The translations under genes and the position numbers were made by a program. 62,554 nt of DNA, from contig NW_021834360.1 in assembly GCF_006345805.1 (NCBI RefSeq), positions 1-62,554 on the forward strand, given 5' to 3'. The notes under the pieces were generated by a model. That model saw only the letters and a list, made by a program, of their open reading frames with translations. It searched no databases and was not told the origin of the DNA. Origin of the DNA: Octopus sinensis (taxonomy: Eukaryota). How positions within the stretch are numbered: the stretch's first letter is position 1; the number at the start of each line of letters is the position of its first letter. Positions 24,530 through 37,872 of this stretch are shown here, piece after piece.

Positions 24530-27165
24530 CTATCAACAGAAATGGTATCTTTACGACCGTTAATGTCTAAAGTGAAAACTCTATCTGTACAAGAAAGCAC
24601 ACGAAAGGGTCCTGAATGCTGTTAAAGGATGTTTAACAACATCGTTACGAACAAAAACATTAATCCAGGAAGAATAGCCCTTAGTCAAATATGTTTTAAT
24701 GTCTTGTTTTCTGGTGTGCATAAGTTGTAACTTTGACATATAATCACGCAAGCGTTCAACGAAATTTGTAGTGTCAATATCTTGCGCGTTTGCAAGAACA
24801 ACTATCTGACCAGGCAGCGTCAAGGAAGAACCATAAAGTAAATCTGCAGGAGAATATACAATATCTTCTTTGATAGAAGAGCGGAGATCCAAGAGAACAA
24901 TAGGAAGAAATTCAATTCATCGAGATGAATCAGCAGAAGCACACAACACAGCTTTAAGCTGTCGGTGAAATCTTTCGATGATAAAGTTCGAAGCTGGGTG
25001 GTAACTAGTGGAATGGATGTGTTTACTTCCAGCTTCAAATTGAGGTCCGCGCCCTGTTGATATTTTTACATGTGTTCCGAAACGAGAAATCCATCCTGTG
25101 ACTAAAGCTTGTGTCACAATTTGAGTAGATATGTCTGTGAGTGGAATAACTTCAGGCCAGCGTGAAAAACGATCAATACAAGTTAAAAACGTGTAAACCT
25201 GACTCGCAGGCCAAGGTCCTACTATATCAACATGTATGTGCTAGAATCGTGCATCTGGAGTGGAGAAAGTACCTAACGGTGCAGGGATATGTTTATGTAC
25301 CTTGGATTTTTGACTATCTATATAGGTACGATTAGTTATGTCCCGATGCATGTTCGGCCAAACGAAACGAGCTATGATACGCTTCAATGTTGCTGTTATG
25401 CCTGGATGTGAAATATTGTGTAGTGCTGAGAAAACGATACGGCGGTGCTTTTCAGGAACTAAAAGGCGAGGTTTACCAGAAGAAAAATCGCAAAGGAACT
25501 GTTTATTTGATGTCGTAACTGGAAAAAACTGGAGGTCGAAAGGAATTAGTTCTCGTTGTTGTGTATTATTCGGATCTTTACCTTTTGAACGGCAGATGTC
25601 AACACAATTTCTAGTTAACTAAACACTTTTAAACTTCGTATACTGGTGGAATGTGTTTATAAAACATCATTTTCTCTTGGTTTTATTTCTATAGTTTGTA
25701 AGATATTTCGTCTGAAAATCCGAGGATTTCGGCAATTTTAACCAATCGATTACCTCCATTCGACTAAAATCATCTGTTGCCTCTAAAACTGAGACAACAT
25801 CCTGTAACTAACCTTAAACCTCCTCCCTAACCCTAACCCTAATCCTAAATTTTTTTCTTAATTGTTAAATTAATTTTATTCCATTGCTTTATTTTTTTTT
25901 ACACGCGTAACAATGAAGAAAAAGATATTTAGGGTTATGGTTAGGGTTAGGGAAGTTTAGGGTTAGTTACAGGATGTCGTCTCAGTTTTAGACGCAGCAA
26001 ATGATTTTAGCTCAAAAGAGAGCATAGGATTTGTTAAAATTCGAAAAATTAAACTACGTTAAACAAACAAATTACAATTTTCTCAAGTATACGAAGTTTT
26101 AAAGTGTTTAGTTAACTAGAAATTGTGTGCCGTTCCAAAGGAAAATATCCTATTATTCAAATCAACTGATGGTTGATCTTCCGGCATTTCGTACAAGTTA
26201 ATTTCTGCAGTTGAAAATAATGCGTTTACAGGTAAACGGGATAAAGAATCTGCAACAATGTTCTCAGAATCTGGAATATATCGTATATCACTCGTGAATT
26301 GTGGAATGTAATCCATATGTCGAATGTCTCTCGGAGAAAATTTATAAAGCGAAAGATAACGGCTTATGGTCCCTAAATATTGTGAAGTTACTTCCTTTCA
26401 AAATATGTTGGAAGTGTTTAACTGAGAAGTAAATAGCTAATTGTTCATGACTGAATGCCCTACATTTAGATTCAGCTGGTTTTAACTGCTTAGAGAAAAA
26501 GCCAGATGCTGCCATTCGCCATAGAGGAGCTGTTGAATGACAGCGCCGGCGTCAATTTCGGACGTGTGAGCTAACATGGAGACACAAGCGAGAGTTTCTG
26601 TTTAATATCGTCGAAATCTTGTATTTTAGCAGGAGTTAAAGTAATCTTTTCTGTTTTCTTCTTACGGTGTCGCAGTAATTTGTTGAGATGATATAAAGTT
26701 TCAGCACAATGGGGTATAAAACGGCGATGATAATTAGCTAATTCAATAAATTGTCTGAGCTGTCTTAATGAAACAGGAACTGGAATTTTCACGATAGCTT
26801 CAACCTTTTCTGACAAAAACCTAATTCCATCCTCCTTGTCAATGGTGTGTCCAAGGAAAGTGAGAGAAGGCACACCGAAAATACGTTTGGTAGCATTGAT
26901 ACGAATTTTTTATTGAGAAAACCTTTCAAGAAGTTGCTTCAAATGAATCTCATGTTGTTTCTCAGAAGAACCAGCGATGAGAATATCGTCAATATAGGTG
27001 TAGAGGAAATCTAATCCACGTATTACTTCGTCAATAATACGTTGAAAAGTAATGGCGGCGTTCCTTAACCGAAAGGGCATATTAAAAAATTCAAGTGACC
27101 CGAATAGATTTGCAATGACCGTTTTCGAAATATCATCTGGGTTCACAGGAATCTGATGATATTTC
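24530..27165 (-). mobile_element. Ty3/Gypsy pol relic (RT, RNase H, integrase), no LTRs recognised
   Basis: YHQIPVNPDDISKT...NAAITFQR...YIDD; FLGHTI; YHRRFIPHCA; IDRFSRWPEVIP; TSYHPASN...IERFHRQLK. Split by the MITE. Confidence 0.92.
25572..26150. mobile_element. MITE with long imperfect TIRs and 8-bp TSD TATTATTC
   Basis: TATTATTC at 25564-71 and 26151-58; termini GGAT...ATCC; arms 25602-25644/26086-26129 and 25764-25813/25961-26010. Confidence 0.9.
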
Positions 27166-27365
27166 TATTTTGTTTCCTTTCACACATCAACGTTGAAAAC
27201 ATGCCAGTGATGCGTCCACCCAGTCTTGCCCCCACTATCTATACCGGAAGCCTTGACAAATACAACGAATAGGATAACAGTTGTGAGAATGATAGTAATG
27301 ATACTAATATGGATGGAAATAAGGATAATAAAAGTTGTCGAAATAATAATGATGATTATGATGAC

Positions 27366-27417
<52 letters not shown>

Positions 27418-27436
27418 CTAACAGCAGCAGCAACAG

Positions 27437-27643
27437 CATGGTTTCAAGTTTTGGCACAAGGCTAGCAAGATCGGGGAAGCCGTAAGTCGATTACATCGAC
27501 CCTAGCAATCACGAAGTACTAATTTTATCGAACCTGAAATGATGAAAGGCAAAGTCGTCCTCAGCGGAATTTGAACTCAGAACGTGAAGATGGTTGAAAT
27601 GCTGCTAAGCATTCTACCCGGCGTGCTAATGATTCTGCCAGGT
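27437..27643 (-). mobile_element. Second tRNA-derived SINE family (Deu/Nin-like central domain)
   Basis: Minus strand: CTGGCAGAATCATTAGCACG...GAGTTCAAATTCC...GACTTTGCCTTTCATC. Another copy at 32700-32892. Confidence 0.78.
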
Positions 27644-27734
27644 CGAGGTGATGTTAAAGGACAAATCTAAGTGATACCCGTATGATGCTAGATGAAAAGG
27701 TCTTAAACAGAATAAATTGCTTCAATCAACCAAA

Positions 27735-28530
27735 TCAAGGCATTTATATCTACAAAATTTATATCTAGAAAGGAACCACCGTATAATAGGGAAATACAGG
27801 GTTTAGAAGATAATATTTGGAAAGTAGTGAAAAATATTAACTTTCATAGATACCTAAATAGTCACAATGAATATTTAAGAAATCTAGCTATGAAAATAAA
27901 AGAAATGAGAAGTATAGACGGAATTATAGTACAATCAGATAAAACTAGGAACCTGTATAAACTGAATGTTAAATTACATGATAATTTATTGAAAAAAGAA
28001 ATAAATAAAAATTGTTCCTGAAAATACTCTTAATAATATAAATAAATCTTCTTAATTAAACATGATGAAATTGGATTCTGTCGAGGTGACTGATTTAGTA
28101 GGTATTTACTTATCGGAACTTCAATTAGTATAATTAAATTTGGAGTGTGGACTATATAAAGATGACCTTTTATTATTAACTAAGAATTGCACCAATAGAA
28201 CACTAGAAATATATAAGAAGAGACTATATAGTTTTTTTTTTGAAGATATGGATTAGGTATAACTATAGATAAAAAGAACTATAATGTTAAATATTTAGAT
28301 GCTAATTTTAATTTAATATCAGATAAAACCCAAACGTTCCATGGAATTAAGAAAAACCTTAGCTATATATATGCTAATAGTAATCACCCAGCAATAATTA
28401 AAAAATCGTTGATAGATAACATAAGAAAAATAATTTTTGCTCTTTCTACTAATTTTAAGATTTTCTAAAAACATGCACCTTATTATAATGAAGCCTTGAG
28501 GGAGGCGGGATATAATAAAAGTATTAAATC
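27735..28530 (+). mobile_element. Penelope-like RT relic (AT-rich, internally deleted)
   Basis: IIVQSDKTRNLY, DLVGIYLL, GLYKDD, YLDANFNL, YANSNHP, APYYNEALREAGY. Confidence 0.75.
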
Positions 28531-28729
28531 CCTTAATTATTGTAGTTTTAATAATAATATAAAAAATAATAATATATATGATTCTTATGATATTCATAAT
28601 AATAAACCTAATATTAAGAATTATTATAAGTTTAGTTCAGTTAATTATGTTTTTAATAATAGGTTTTATGATAATACAAAAAATAAATATGATTTTTCAA
28701 ACTGTTTAATAATTGCTTTAAAATTTTGA

Positions 28730-29700
28730 CCTGGAGTACCGAGTGCCCTTTGCTCCGTTTTGAACTGTTGCTCTCTCTCTCTCTCTCTTCGTCTATCTTT
28801 TATTTAAAAAACTCTTCATTGTGCTCTTAGTATTTGCTCTCTTTCCTTTTTGTTTGGACTTTTTTCTCTTCCTTTTTCCTTAATTATAGTGTATTTTAAG
28901 AACTATATTGTTTTGCCTTTTAAAAAAAACATTGCAAATAACAATGGAAAGCGGGTGGAGTGGGAAATTACACCACCCAAAAATGGTTAAAACAATTTGA
29001 AAGTAGGACGGTGGTTTGAGGACCTACTCTAGGGCCCTCGAAGCCATTGCCATTTTCAGAAAGGATATAATCGAAAGAGCTGGCAGAATTTAAGCCAGCG
29101 ATTACGTTTATCACTTAGGGGCGGGGGGGGGGGGGGTCAAATACGTAAACGTGTGGTTGCTGTTTGACTCCCCAGAAGTGGATCGTGAATTTACGAGCCA
29201 GCCCCTGGAGGGCAATGAAATTTTGTTTTTTCCCACTTATTGTGGAAAGAAGTTGACGAGGGCTTGGGATTGCAGTTTGCCACCCGGAGTTGAGCCTGAG
29301 TGGATAGGAGATACTATCCGCCGGGTCCTGGGTAGCAGTAGCACCAAGTTATTCAAAGTAAATATTCTCCCTGCGGCTGACTGGGAGTGGTCAAAAGCTG
29401 CTTTGGCCTTATCAACCTAGTCAGCCGAAAGTCTGGTATTTCCAGATTTTTTGAGAATGGCGGGGTCTAGGTATCCGGTGATGTTTGAGGGACGCCGCCC
29501 CATCAAGTTTCAGCGGTGCCTGGAGCCTGGCCATATAAAAAAGAACTGTCCTCAAGGGCAAAGTAAAGTCCTGGAGCAGTTGACAGAGACCTCTGTAGAG
29601 GATGGAATGAAGGCGGCCGAGGAGATTTTAAAGCAAGCATGGGAGATGGTGGAGTACACGGACACAAGCGATGATGAGGTAGAAAATCGACAAGATGTTG
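28730..29700 (+). mobile_element. 5' relic of a LINE with gag-like zinc-knuckle ORF1 (L1/Tx1-like)
   Basis: YPVMFEGRRPIKFQRCLEPGHIKKNCP (decayed CCHC); pyrimidine-rich leader; stops and frameshifts. Confidence 0.55.
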
Positions 29701-29989
29701 AAAAGCCTCAGTGTTATAATGTGTTAGAGGCTCAGCGCCTCATTTGTAAATGGACTAGTGTTGATTGTATATTGAATATTTTATTGTATGTTATTGCATG
29801 TTATTATTTGTAATGGACTATTAAGTCCAATAATTGTAAAAACTATCGTGAGAAGTTCAATATCTTATTTTCTTTTTTCTGTTGAAAAAAAAAAGGCGTT
29901 TTTTATTTCATCATTCACCTCATCAATGTATGTGTCAAGCTCACAATCTACTCTTTGTAATGCCTTTTCTGGCAAACCTTAATGAAATA

Positions 29990-30129
29990 AAGTAGTTTGC
30001 TTACCAACCACATGATTCCGGGTTCAGTCCCACTGCGTGACACTTTGGGCAAGTGTCTTCTACTATATCCTCGGACTGACCAAAGCCTTGTGAGTAGATT
30101 TGGTAGACGGAAACTTAAAGAAGCCCGTC

Positions 30130-30131
<2 letters not shown>
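29990..30131 (+). mobile_element. tRNA-SINE 5' portion
   Basis: Matches the reverse complement of 3003-3145; B-box GGTTCAGTCC. Confidence 0.85.
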
Positions 30132-30177
<46 letters not shown>

Positions 30178-30230
30178 ATATATATATAATGTGTGTGTGT
30201 GTGTGTTTGTCTCTAAATTCTCTCTCTCTT

Positions 30231-30310
<80 letters not shown>

Positions 30311-30403
30311 TGTGGATTTTTTATTTACTGTGCTAAATTGAATGTTTTCCCTATTGGCTTGGAATTATTATATCCCCTAACTATTAATAATATACATACA
30401 TAT

Positions 30404-30449
<46 letters not shown>

Positions 30450-30465
30450 AATGAATATGTATATA

Positions 30466-30506
<41 letters not shown>

Positions 30507-30749
30507 TGTATATGTATATATGTAAATGCGTATGTATATGTGTATATATATATATGTAAATGAATAGGTATATGTATATATATATGTCTTTACATATTTA
30601 TGTGTGTGTGCGTGTGTAGGTGTGTCCTATGTGCGTGTTCAATTGTTAAGACCATTTCTGTACACTGCAAGTATAAACTTGTTTGTTGTATATATGTGTG
30701 CGTATACACCAATACAAACACACACAGGTATACACACACAGACAAACAT

Positions 30750-30786
<37 letters not shown>

Positions 30787-31033
30787 AATATATATATTCA
30801 TTTGGATAGTATTTCACAGCGTTGGTTGAGATTCATGGTTAGTGTCATGCAGTTCAGTTTTGTTTGCAGAGACATTTTCAGTTTGTTTTAAATAAAAGAG
30901 AGTAAAGCTAAAACGTTGTGATTATTCAATACGAAATATATTTAACGAGAAAAGTTTTGTGCATGAGAAGTGGTAATTATTTCCTAAATTGTAAATATTT
31001 GAAGTGCTATTTAATACAATATAATAAAGAAAT

Positions 31034-31388
31034 ATGTATTGCTTCTCAGTTAGTGTCGTCATTCGAAAAGCGAATCTTCACATAATTATTTTCTCAATGC
31101 TGTTATTCCAAATATGCTTGGGCAGTAATGCAGCATGCCGAGAATATTATGGGACCCGTATTCACCCTTCTGTAACTGGCATTCCAGAAGCTGACAAGCT
31201 GATTAAGATGTCAAACATCCGATCAAAAATTGAGTGCTTTTCTCACTGTATGGCGTATTCCAAATGCGGTATGATTATTTACAGCGTTTCCGAGAAAGTA
31301 TGTATCCTACGTAAAATCAAGCAATTACCTGAATCCTTACCATTCATCGACATTCCTCCAAACAGCATTTATACCATGCTACAAGCTC
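31034..31388 (+). CDS. Copy B exon 1: signal peptide plus PAN/apple-like domain (120 aa to stop at 31396 if the donor is read through)
   Basis: Hydrophobic LHIIIFSMLLFQICLG; SKIECFSHCMAYSKCGMIIYSVSEKVCIL has PAN-type C-x3-C-x5-C-x11-C spacing; consensus donor C|GTGAGT at 31389 (phase 1); paralogue at 19247. Confidence 0.78.
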
Positions 31389-31929
31389 GTGAGTAGTTTT
31401 TTTTTCTAGTCTATGTCTTGTGAATATTTTTACTTTTCCTTTCACTTTGTAGAATACGTTATTTGTTATTTAATTTAATATTAACAGGATTCCTTTTAAA
31501 AGAATGGCTGATACCATCTGTAATCGGCGCTGTGTATACATGTGCTTTTTGTTATTGTTGATTGAGGGACAGTTACGTATTTCTTTCCTTTTCTGTTATT
31601 TTTTAATTTCCACTTATTGAAGTGTTTCCATGATTGCAAACAGAAACAATAATATCCCAAACTGTGAACCTTACTTCCTGTCCACGTAATTCGTCCAGAA
31701 TCATTGAGGTTTCCCTTCAAGTTATATGTTATTATTGTTATTCATCCTGTTGCTATTATTCTTCTGGTCATTGTTGTTGTTCTGTTAGTTAAGGCTACGA
31801 TCAACCCTGTTCGAGTTATGTTTAAAGACATTTCCGCTAGATGAATGCATGCACGTACGTATGTATGCATGTAAGTATGTGTGTAATTATATATACGTAT
31901 GTGTGTTATGTATGTGCCTATGTATTTAA

Positions 31930-32170
31930 GTATGCATGTGGCTACAACATCATGTCTCATCGGTAGATTATAACGTGACGACATTTTCGGACAACTACTT
32001 ATGATGTCGGTGGTATCTTCGATGTTAACGCCATTAAGTCTGCAACGGTTTTCACATTTTGCTGCATTTCCTGCATCTGTGTCCTTTTCTGCATCAGATA
32101 TTTGGTTGATAATTCCTGTTCCTGGATTGCAAACACATACACTTCAAAGTGGAAGTTAGTATTCTGATTT
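31930..32170 (-). mobile_element. RLE non-LTR relic (zinc-knuckle region)
   Basis: FEVYVFAIQEQELSTKYL...IISSCPKMSSRYNLPMRHDVVA. Confidence 0.7.
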
Positions 32171-32699
32171 TATCCGTTTCTTTATCTATCCGAACTTTGC
32201 TATTGATCTTCTATATTGAATGAAGCGCTTTCACTTAATTTGAAATTTATAGTTATGAAAGCCAAAAAAACAATATAGGAAAAAAATAAAATAGGAATTC
32301 TTACATGCTGGAATGGGCAGTCACAACCCAAACCACGAAAAGAATTCTTATGGTACGTTGCTTGTGGGTACTAGAATGAATAAAAATGGTGATCTCATAT
32401 CAAAATAAACGCACCTGGTCTTGCTGGAGGCCCGTCCCACTCAAAATTCTATGAAAAAGAGTTGTTTAAGGATGCTGAACAAAACACCTGTATATCTAGT
32501 GGTGAATTAATAAAATCTCAAGCTATTTCTCTGAATACCTGGCTATGATGTTCCCCCAACTCTTCTGCTCGAGATCAGAGATACACATATTGTCAGCCAC
32601 CAAGGGACATGCTCAACTGGTTAAGGTTAAGCAACTGGCAAGCAAATCTGTGGTATTGAGTAGAATATTTGTTTGTTGTAACACATTTTCTGTTCTACT

Positions 32700-32892
32700 A
32701 AAGACACAAGACCTGAAATTGGAGAAAGGATAGTCGAGTTTATCGACACCAGTACGTAACTGGTATGCATTTCATCGACCGTGAAAGGATGAAAGGAAAA
32801 GTCAAGCACGGCAGAATTTGAACTAAGAACGTAGTGACGGGTAAAATACCACTAGTCATTTCGTCCAGCGTGCTAACGATTCTCCCAGCTCG
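32700..32892 (-). mobile_element. SINE, second family
   Basis: Matches 27437-27643. Confidence 0.75.
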
Positions 32893-33005
32893 CAGCCTTG
32901 CTGTAGCACATATTGTAGCCCGACAAAAAACAAATGCATGATAACACTTCGAATCAGATAAGATCTGAGGCCTTGAGAGATAGTGTCTGGTATAGCATCA
33001 GGGCA

Positions 33006-33098
<93 letters not shown>

Positions 33099-33101
<3 letters not shown>

Positions 33102-36100
33102 TAGTTTTATTTTTATAGCGTGCTTTCACTTCACTACCGAGCGCAGCTCTGTCTGCCTTGGGTATGTGCTGTGATTTGTTGTGATGCTCTGATGGTTATT
33201 GTATGGAAAGTGTTTTGCGTAGGATGTGTGCAGTGCCTAGTAGTGCAATTTTCTGTATGTTATATGTGTTTGTAAGTCCTGGTGTTTTTGTTATGTATTT
33301 GTCTGAATATTTTTTATCATGCCTAATGCACCTACTATGATAGGAATTGTTTCTGTTTTCAGATTCCACATTCTAGTTACCTCTATTTCCAGGTCTTTGT
33401 ATTTTGAGAGTTTCTCCATTTCTTTTAGAGACACGTTGTCATCTGCCGGTATTGATACATCAATTAGAAAGCATTTTTTTTCTTCATGATCTCTGACAAC
33501 TATATCTGGTCTGTTGGCCTTAATTTCTCTATCTGTGTGCATCGGCATATCCCAGAGTATGGTTGCTTTCTCGTTTTCTGTGACCTTTTCTGGTGTGTGC
33601 CTATACCATCATTTTTCTGTTGTTATTCCATAATATTGGCATAGCTTCCAATGTATGTAGGTTCCAACTCTGTCGTGTCTGTGAATATATTCCTTCTTAG
33701 CCAGGATTGGGCAGCTAGAGATAATATGATTTATTGTTTCTTGTCCATCTCCACATATTCTGCAGTTACTTGTAATATTTCTTTTCATTACATGTTTTTG
33801 GTAATTTCTGGTGGGGAGGCTTTGGTCTTGTGCTGCAATTAAAAATCCTTCTGTTTCTGCTTTGAGTCCTGAGCTTCTCAACCATTGCTGGGATTTTTCT
33901 TTGTCTATTTCTTTTGCGTTTAGTTTAGTGCAGTATTTACCATGAAGGGGCTTTTCTTGCCATCGTTTTATCATGGTTCGTTGCTGTTCTATTTTTAGTT
34001 TGGATTTCATTTGTTTTATAGCTTTTGTTGTTTCTTCATCTTCTTCTTCTTCGTCTTCTTCTTCTTCTCTTCTTCTTCATGTTTATTAGGTGGTATGATT
34101 CTTGTTTGTATTTGTCGGCTTCCTTAAATACTGAGAACAGTTTTTTGTTTTGCTCGTGTTTTGCCGCTATGTGTATCAGTTTTCCTTCCTTCTGAAGTAG
34201 ATATTTTTGCAGTCCTATGGTGGTTATTTTATAGTAGTTTTCCAGCTGTATAAGGCCTCTACCACCTTCTATACGTTGTATATATAGTCTTTCTATGTCA
34301 GATTGTGGGTGATGCATCCTAGATCCTGTCATTATTTTTCTTGTTTTCCTATCTATTTTGGTCAGTTCATTTCGTGTCCAGTCAAGGATATTGTAGCTGT
34401 AACTTATAACTGGAACAGCTAAAGTGTTAATACCTATTATCTTGTTTTTAGCATTGAGCTCTGTTTTTAGTATTGATCTGACTCGTCTATAATATTCTTT
34501 TTTTATTTTCTCTTTCATTTGTGTGTGTTGTGTCTTATCTGGTTCATGGATTCCTAAGTATTTGTAAGTTTGGCTTTGGTCTAATTCTTTTATTTCATTG
34601 GTTTTATCTAGTGTGATGTTGCTACTCTTAACTAGTTTTCCTCTTTTCATGGTTACTTTGGCGCATTTTTCTAATCCAAATTTCATATCTATTTCTTTGG
34701 TAAATCCATGAACTGTCTTTAATAGTGTTTCCAGCTGTTTGTCATTTGCAGCGTATAGTTTTAGGTCATCCATATATAAAAGGTGGCTGATCATTTTGCC
34801 GTAACATTTATATCCGCATCCAGTTCTATTTAGTATATCAGATAGAGGTGACAGTGCCAAGCAGAAAAGGAGTGGAGAGAGCGTGTCTCCCTGGAATATT
34901 CCTCTTCTAATGGGGATGGCTTTGGTTTTCATGAGTCCCTCTTTTGTTTGGAGGTGTAGGACTGTTTGCCATTTATTCATAGAGTGCCCTATGAATTTTA
35001 TGATTGTTGGTGCTACTTTGTTAATGGCTAGTGTTTCGAGGATCCATGTTTGGGGGATGCTATCAAACGCATTTTTGTAGTCAATCCAGGTTATACTGAG
35101 GCCTTTCTTCTTTCTGTGGCTGTCTTCAGTTATGGCTTTATTAATCATTAGTTGATCTTTACAGCCATATGAGCCTTTGCGGCATCCTTTCTGCTCTTCT
35201 GGGAACAGTTTGTTTTCATCCAGGTGCTTGTTCAACCTTTGAGATATCACTGCAGTAAATGCCTTGAACATAGTAGGGAGGCAGTTTATTGGTCTGTAGT
35301 TTTCTGGTTTTGCTGTTTCATTTGATTTGGGAATTAAGATGGTTTTCCCCTTCGTGAGCCATTCAGGCATTGTCTCTGGCTCTGCTAGTATGTTGTTAAA
35401 GTTTTCAGCCAGCTTTTTGTGCATTCCTGTTAGATATTTCAACCAGAAGTTGGGGATCTTGTCATGCCCAGGTGCCTTCCAGTTGCTTAGTCTTTGCGGT
35501 GCCTGGGTGACCTCTTCAGTTGTTATGGGGGTCCAAAGTTGTTCAGATGCCGAGTTTGTTATTTTGATACTCCTTTTTTTTGGTTGTTCATTCGCCGACC
35601 ATATTTCTCTCCAGAATTCTTCCAATTCTTCTGCCGTTGGTGCTGCAGTGACTTCTATTTTATTTTTGCCAAGTTCTTGGTAGAACTTTTTGGGGTTGGA
35701 TTTGAACTGTTTGTTTTGTTCAAAGAAGCGCTGGCGTTTCTCGTACCGGCGGATCCTTTGTGCTTTGGCAAGGATATCTTGCTTCAGCTTTGCTTTTATC
35801 TCAGGCAAATCTTTCTCTGTGATGTTATATTTGCGGAGTATTTTTGTTTTCTTTTTGTTGCTCAGTAGCGTTGATTGTTTGCTGATTTCATTAAGAATCG
35901 ACAGATCTTTTCTAATTTTTTTTCATTTTGTTTTGGATGTTATTTATCCACAGTGTTTGTTTGGGTGGTGGTACTCCTGTTTGGACGGGTTTGATTGAAT
36001 ATCCAGCTTCTTTTGTGGCTTCAGTGGCTGCTGCGACTACTAAGTCATTTAGCTCAGTGATATCGCTTTTTGTTTCAGTGGCTATTAGTTCCGTGACGGC

Positions 36101-36632
36101 TAGGTTTATGTTGTTTATAATTGGTGTTGTTGTTTCGTCTATTTTGGTTTTTGAAGGTATGGTCGGTGGTCCATCTTGAGATCTGTGTTTTCCAGTTCTT
36201 TGATTATTCTACTTTTTATAGTATCGTAATCATTAGGCTCCCCTTCGTTGTTTCCAGATTTTACATTTGTGTCACTTTTTTCACGTTCGTATGTTTGTTT
36301 GTCGTGTTTTGGCTTGATGTTTGTCGTGTATTATTATGCATACTTACGGTCTGGGTTTCTTGTTTTTTGTTTACATCGTGTTTGTTGGGAATGTTACGTT
36401 TGTCTTCGTGTTTTACTGTTTCAGTGTTTATATTGTTAGGCATTGTTGTGTGGTTTCTATCTCAATTCACCTGATGTATTTTTTTAGATGTTCTATTTCT
36501 ATTTCTGATATTTTTTTTGCGTTCAGAATGTAACTTCGTACATTACCTAGTTTATTAGGGTTCATTGCTGTATCCAAGTCTATATATATATTATTTTCCT
36601 TCCATAGTTTATATGTATGTGTTGTTGTGTTT

Positions 36633-36637
<5 letters not shown>
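33099..36637 (-). mobile_element. R4/Dong-like family A, 3.5-kb copy with intact 3' end, embedded in (TAA)n
   Basis: 590-aa ORF 34036-35808 with QGDTLSP and YMDD; CRICGDGQETINHIISSC knuckle; RHD; RPDIVV...IDVSIP...EKLSKY RLE. (TTA)n on both sides (33006-33098, 36638-36706). Confidence 0.96.
34036..35808 (-). CDS. Reverse transcriptase portion of the Dong-like ORF (590 aa, frameshifted at both ends)
   Basis: Complete set of RT motifs in one frame. Confidence 0.9.
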   Translation of the reverse strand: MPEIKAKLKQDILAKAQRIRRYEKRQRFFEQNKQFKSNPKKFYQELGKNKIEVTAAPTAEELEEFWREIWSANEQPKKRSIKITNSASEQLWTPITTEEVTQAPQRLSNWKAPGHDKIPNFWLKYLTGMHKKLAENFNNILAEPETMPEWLTKGKTILIPKSNETAKPENYRPINCLPTMFKAFTAVISQRLNKHLDENKLFPEEQKGCRKGSYGCKDQLMINKAITEDSHRKKKGLSITWIDYKNAFDSIPQTWILETLAINKVAPTIIKFIGHSMNKWQTVLHLQTKEGLMKTKAIPIRRGIFQGDTLSPLLFCLALSPLSDILNRTGCGYKCYGKMISHLLYMDDLKLYAANDKQLETLLKTVHGFTKEIDMKFGLEKCAKVTMKRGKLVKSSNITLDKTNEIKELDQSQTYKYLGIHEPDKTQHTQMKEKIKKEYYRRVRSILKTELNAKNKIIGINTLAVPVISYSYNILDWTRNELTKIDRKTRKIMTGSRMHHPQSDIERLYIQRIEGGRGLIQLENYYKITTIGLQKYLLQKEGKLIHIAAKHEQNKKLFSVFKEADKYKQESYHLINMKKKRRRRRRRRRR

Positions 36638-36706
<69 letters not shown>

Positions 36707-36709
<3 letters not shown>

Positions 36710-37775
36710 TAGTTTTATTTTTATAGCGTGCTTTCACTTTACTACCGAGCGCAGCTCTGTGTGCCTTGGGTATGTGCTGTGATTTGTTGTGATGCTCTGA
36801 TGGTTATTGGATGGAAAGTGTTCTGCGTAGGATGTGTGCAGTGCCTAGTAGTGCAATTTTCTGTATGTTATATGTGTTTGTAAGTCCTGGTGTTTTTGTT
36901 ATGTATTTGTCTGAATATTTTTTTATCATGCCTAATGCACCTACTATGATAGGAATTGTTTCTGTTTTCAGATTCCACATTCTAGTTACCTCTATTTCCA
37001 GGTCTTTGTATTTTGAGAGTTTCTCCATTTCTTTTAGAGCCACGTTGTCATCTGCCGGTATTGATACATCAATTAGAAAGCATTTTTTTCTTCATGATCT
37101 CTGACAACTATATCTGGTCTGTTGGCCTTAATTTCTCTATCTGTGTGTATCGGCATATCCCAGAGTATGGTTGCTTTCTCGTTTTCTGTGACCTTTTCTG
37201 GTGTGTGCCTATACCATCTTTTTTCTGTTGTTATTCCATAATGTTGGCATAGCTTCCAATGTATGTATGTTCCAACTCTGTCATGTCTGTGAATATATTC
37301 CTTCTTAGCCAGGACTGGGCAGCTAGAGATAATATGATTTATTGTTTCTTGTCCATCGCCACATATTCTGCAGTTACTTGTAATATTTCTTTTCATTACA
37401 TGTTTTTGGTAATTTCTGGTGGGGAGGCTTTGGTCTTGTGCTGCAATTAAAAATCCCTCTGTTTCTGCTTTGAGTCCTGAGCTTCTCAACCATTGCTGGG
37501 ATTTTTCTTTGTCTATTTCTTTTGCGTTTAGTTTAGTGCAGTATTTACCATGAAGGGGCTTTTCTTGCCATCGTTTTATCATGGCTCGTTGCTGTTCTGT
37601 TTTTAGTTTGGATTTCATTTGTTTTATAGCTTTTGTTGTTTCTTCATCATCTTCTTCTTCTTTGTGTTTATTAGGTGGTATGATTTCTTGTTTGTATTTG
37701 TCAGCTTCCTTAAATACTGAGAACAGTTTTTTGTTTTGCTCGTGTTTTGCTGCTATCTGGATCAGTTTTCCTTCC

Positions 37776-37777
<2 letters not shown>
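36707..37777 (-). mobile_element. R4/Dong-like family A, 1.07-kb 5'-truncated copy in tandem
   Basis: Near-identical to 33099-34190; same 3' end; (TTA)n on both sides. Confidence 0.95.

Positions 37778-37872
<95 letters not shown>

Noticed and set aside
25825-25965. Telomere or chromosome-fusion scar
   Set aside because: The repeats are short and internal to a TSD-flanked MITE.
29710-29760. CYNVLEAQRLICK as remnant terminal exon of copy A
   Set aside because: Too short; no WND or acceptor.
32340-32410. Possible exon 2 of lectin copy B (FLWYVACGY*...NGDLI)
   Set aside because: Weak match with stops and a frameshift; no splice sites or upstream Cys pattern.
35327-35868. Recurrent antisense ORFs (MGIKMVFPFVSHSG...) at 1040, 35327 and 61377
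   Set aside because: Shadow frames of the Dong RT; the recurrence reflects copy identity.
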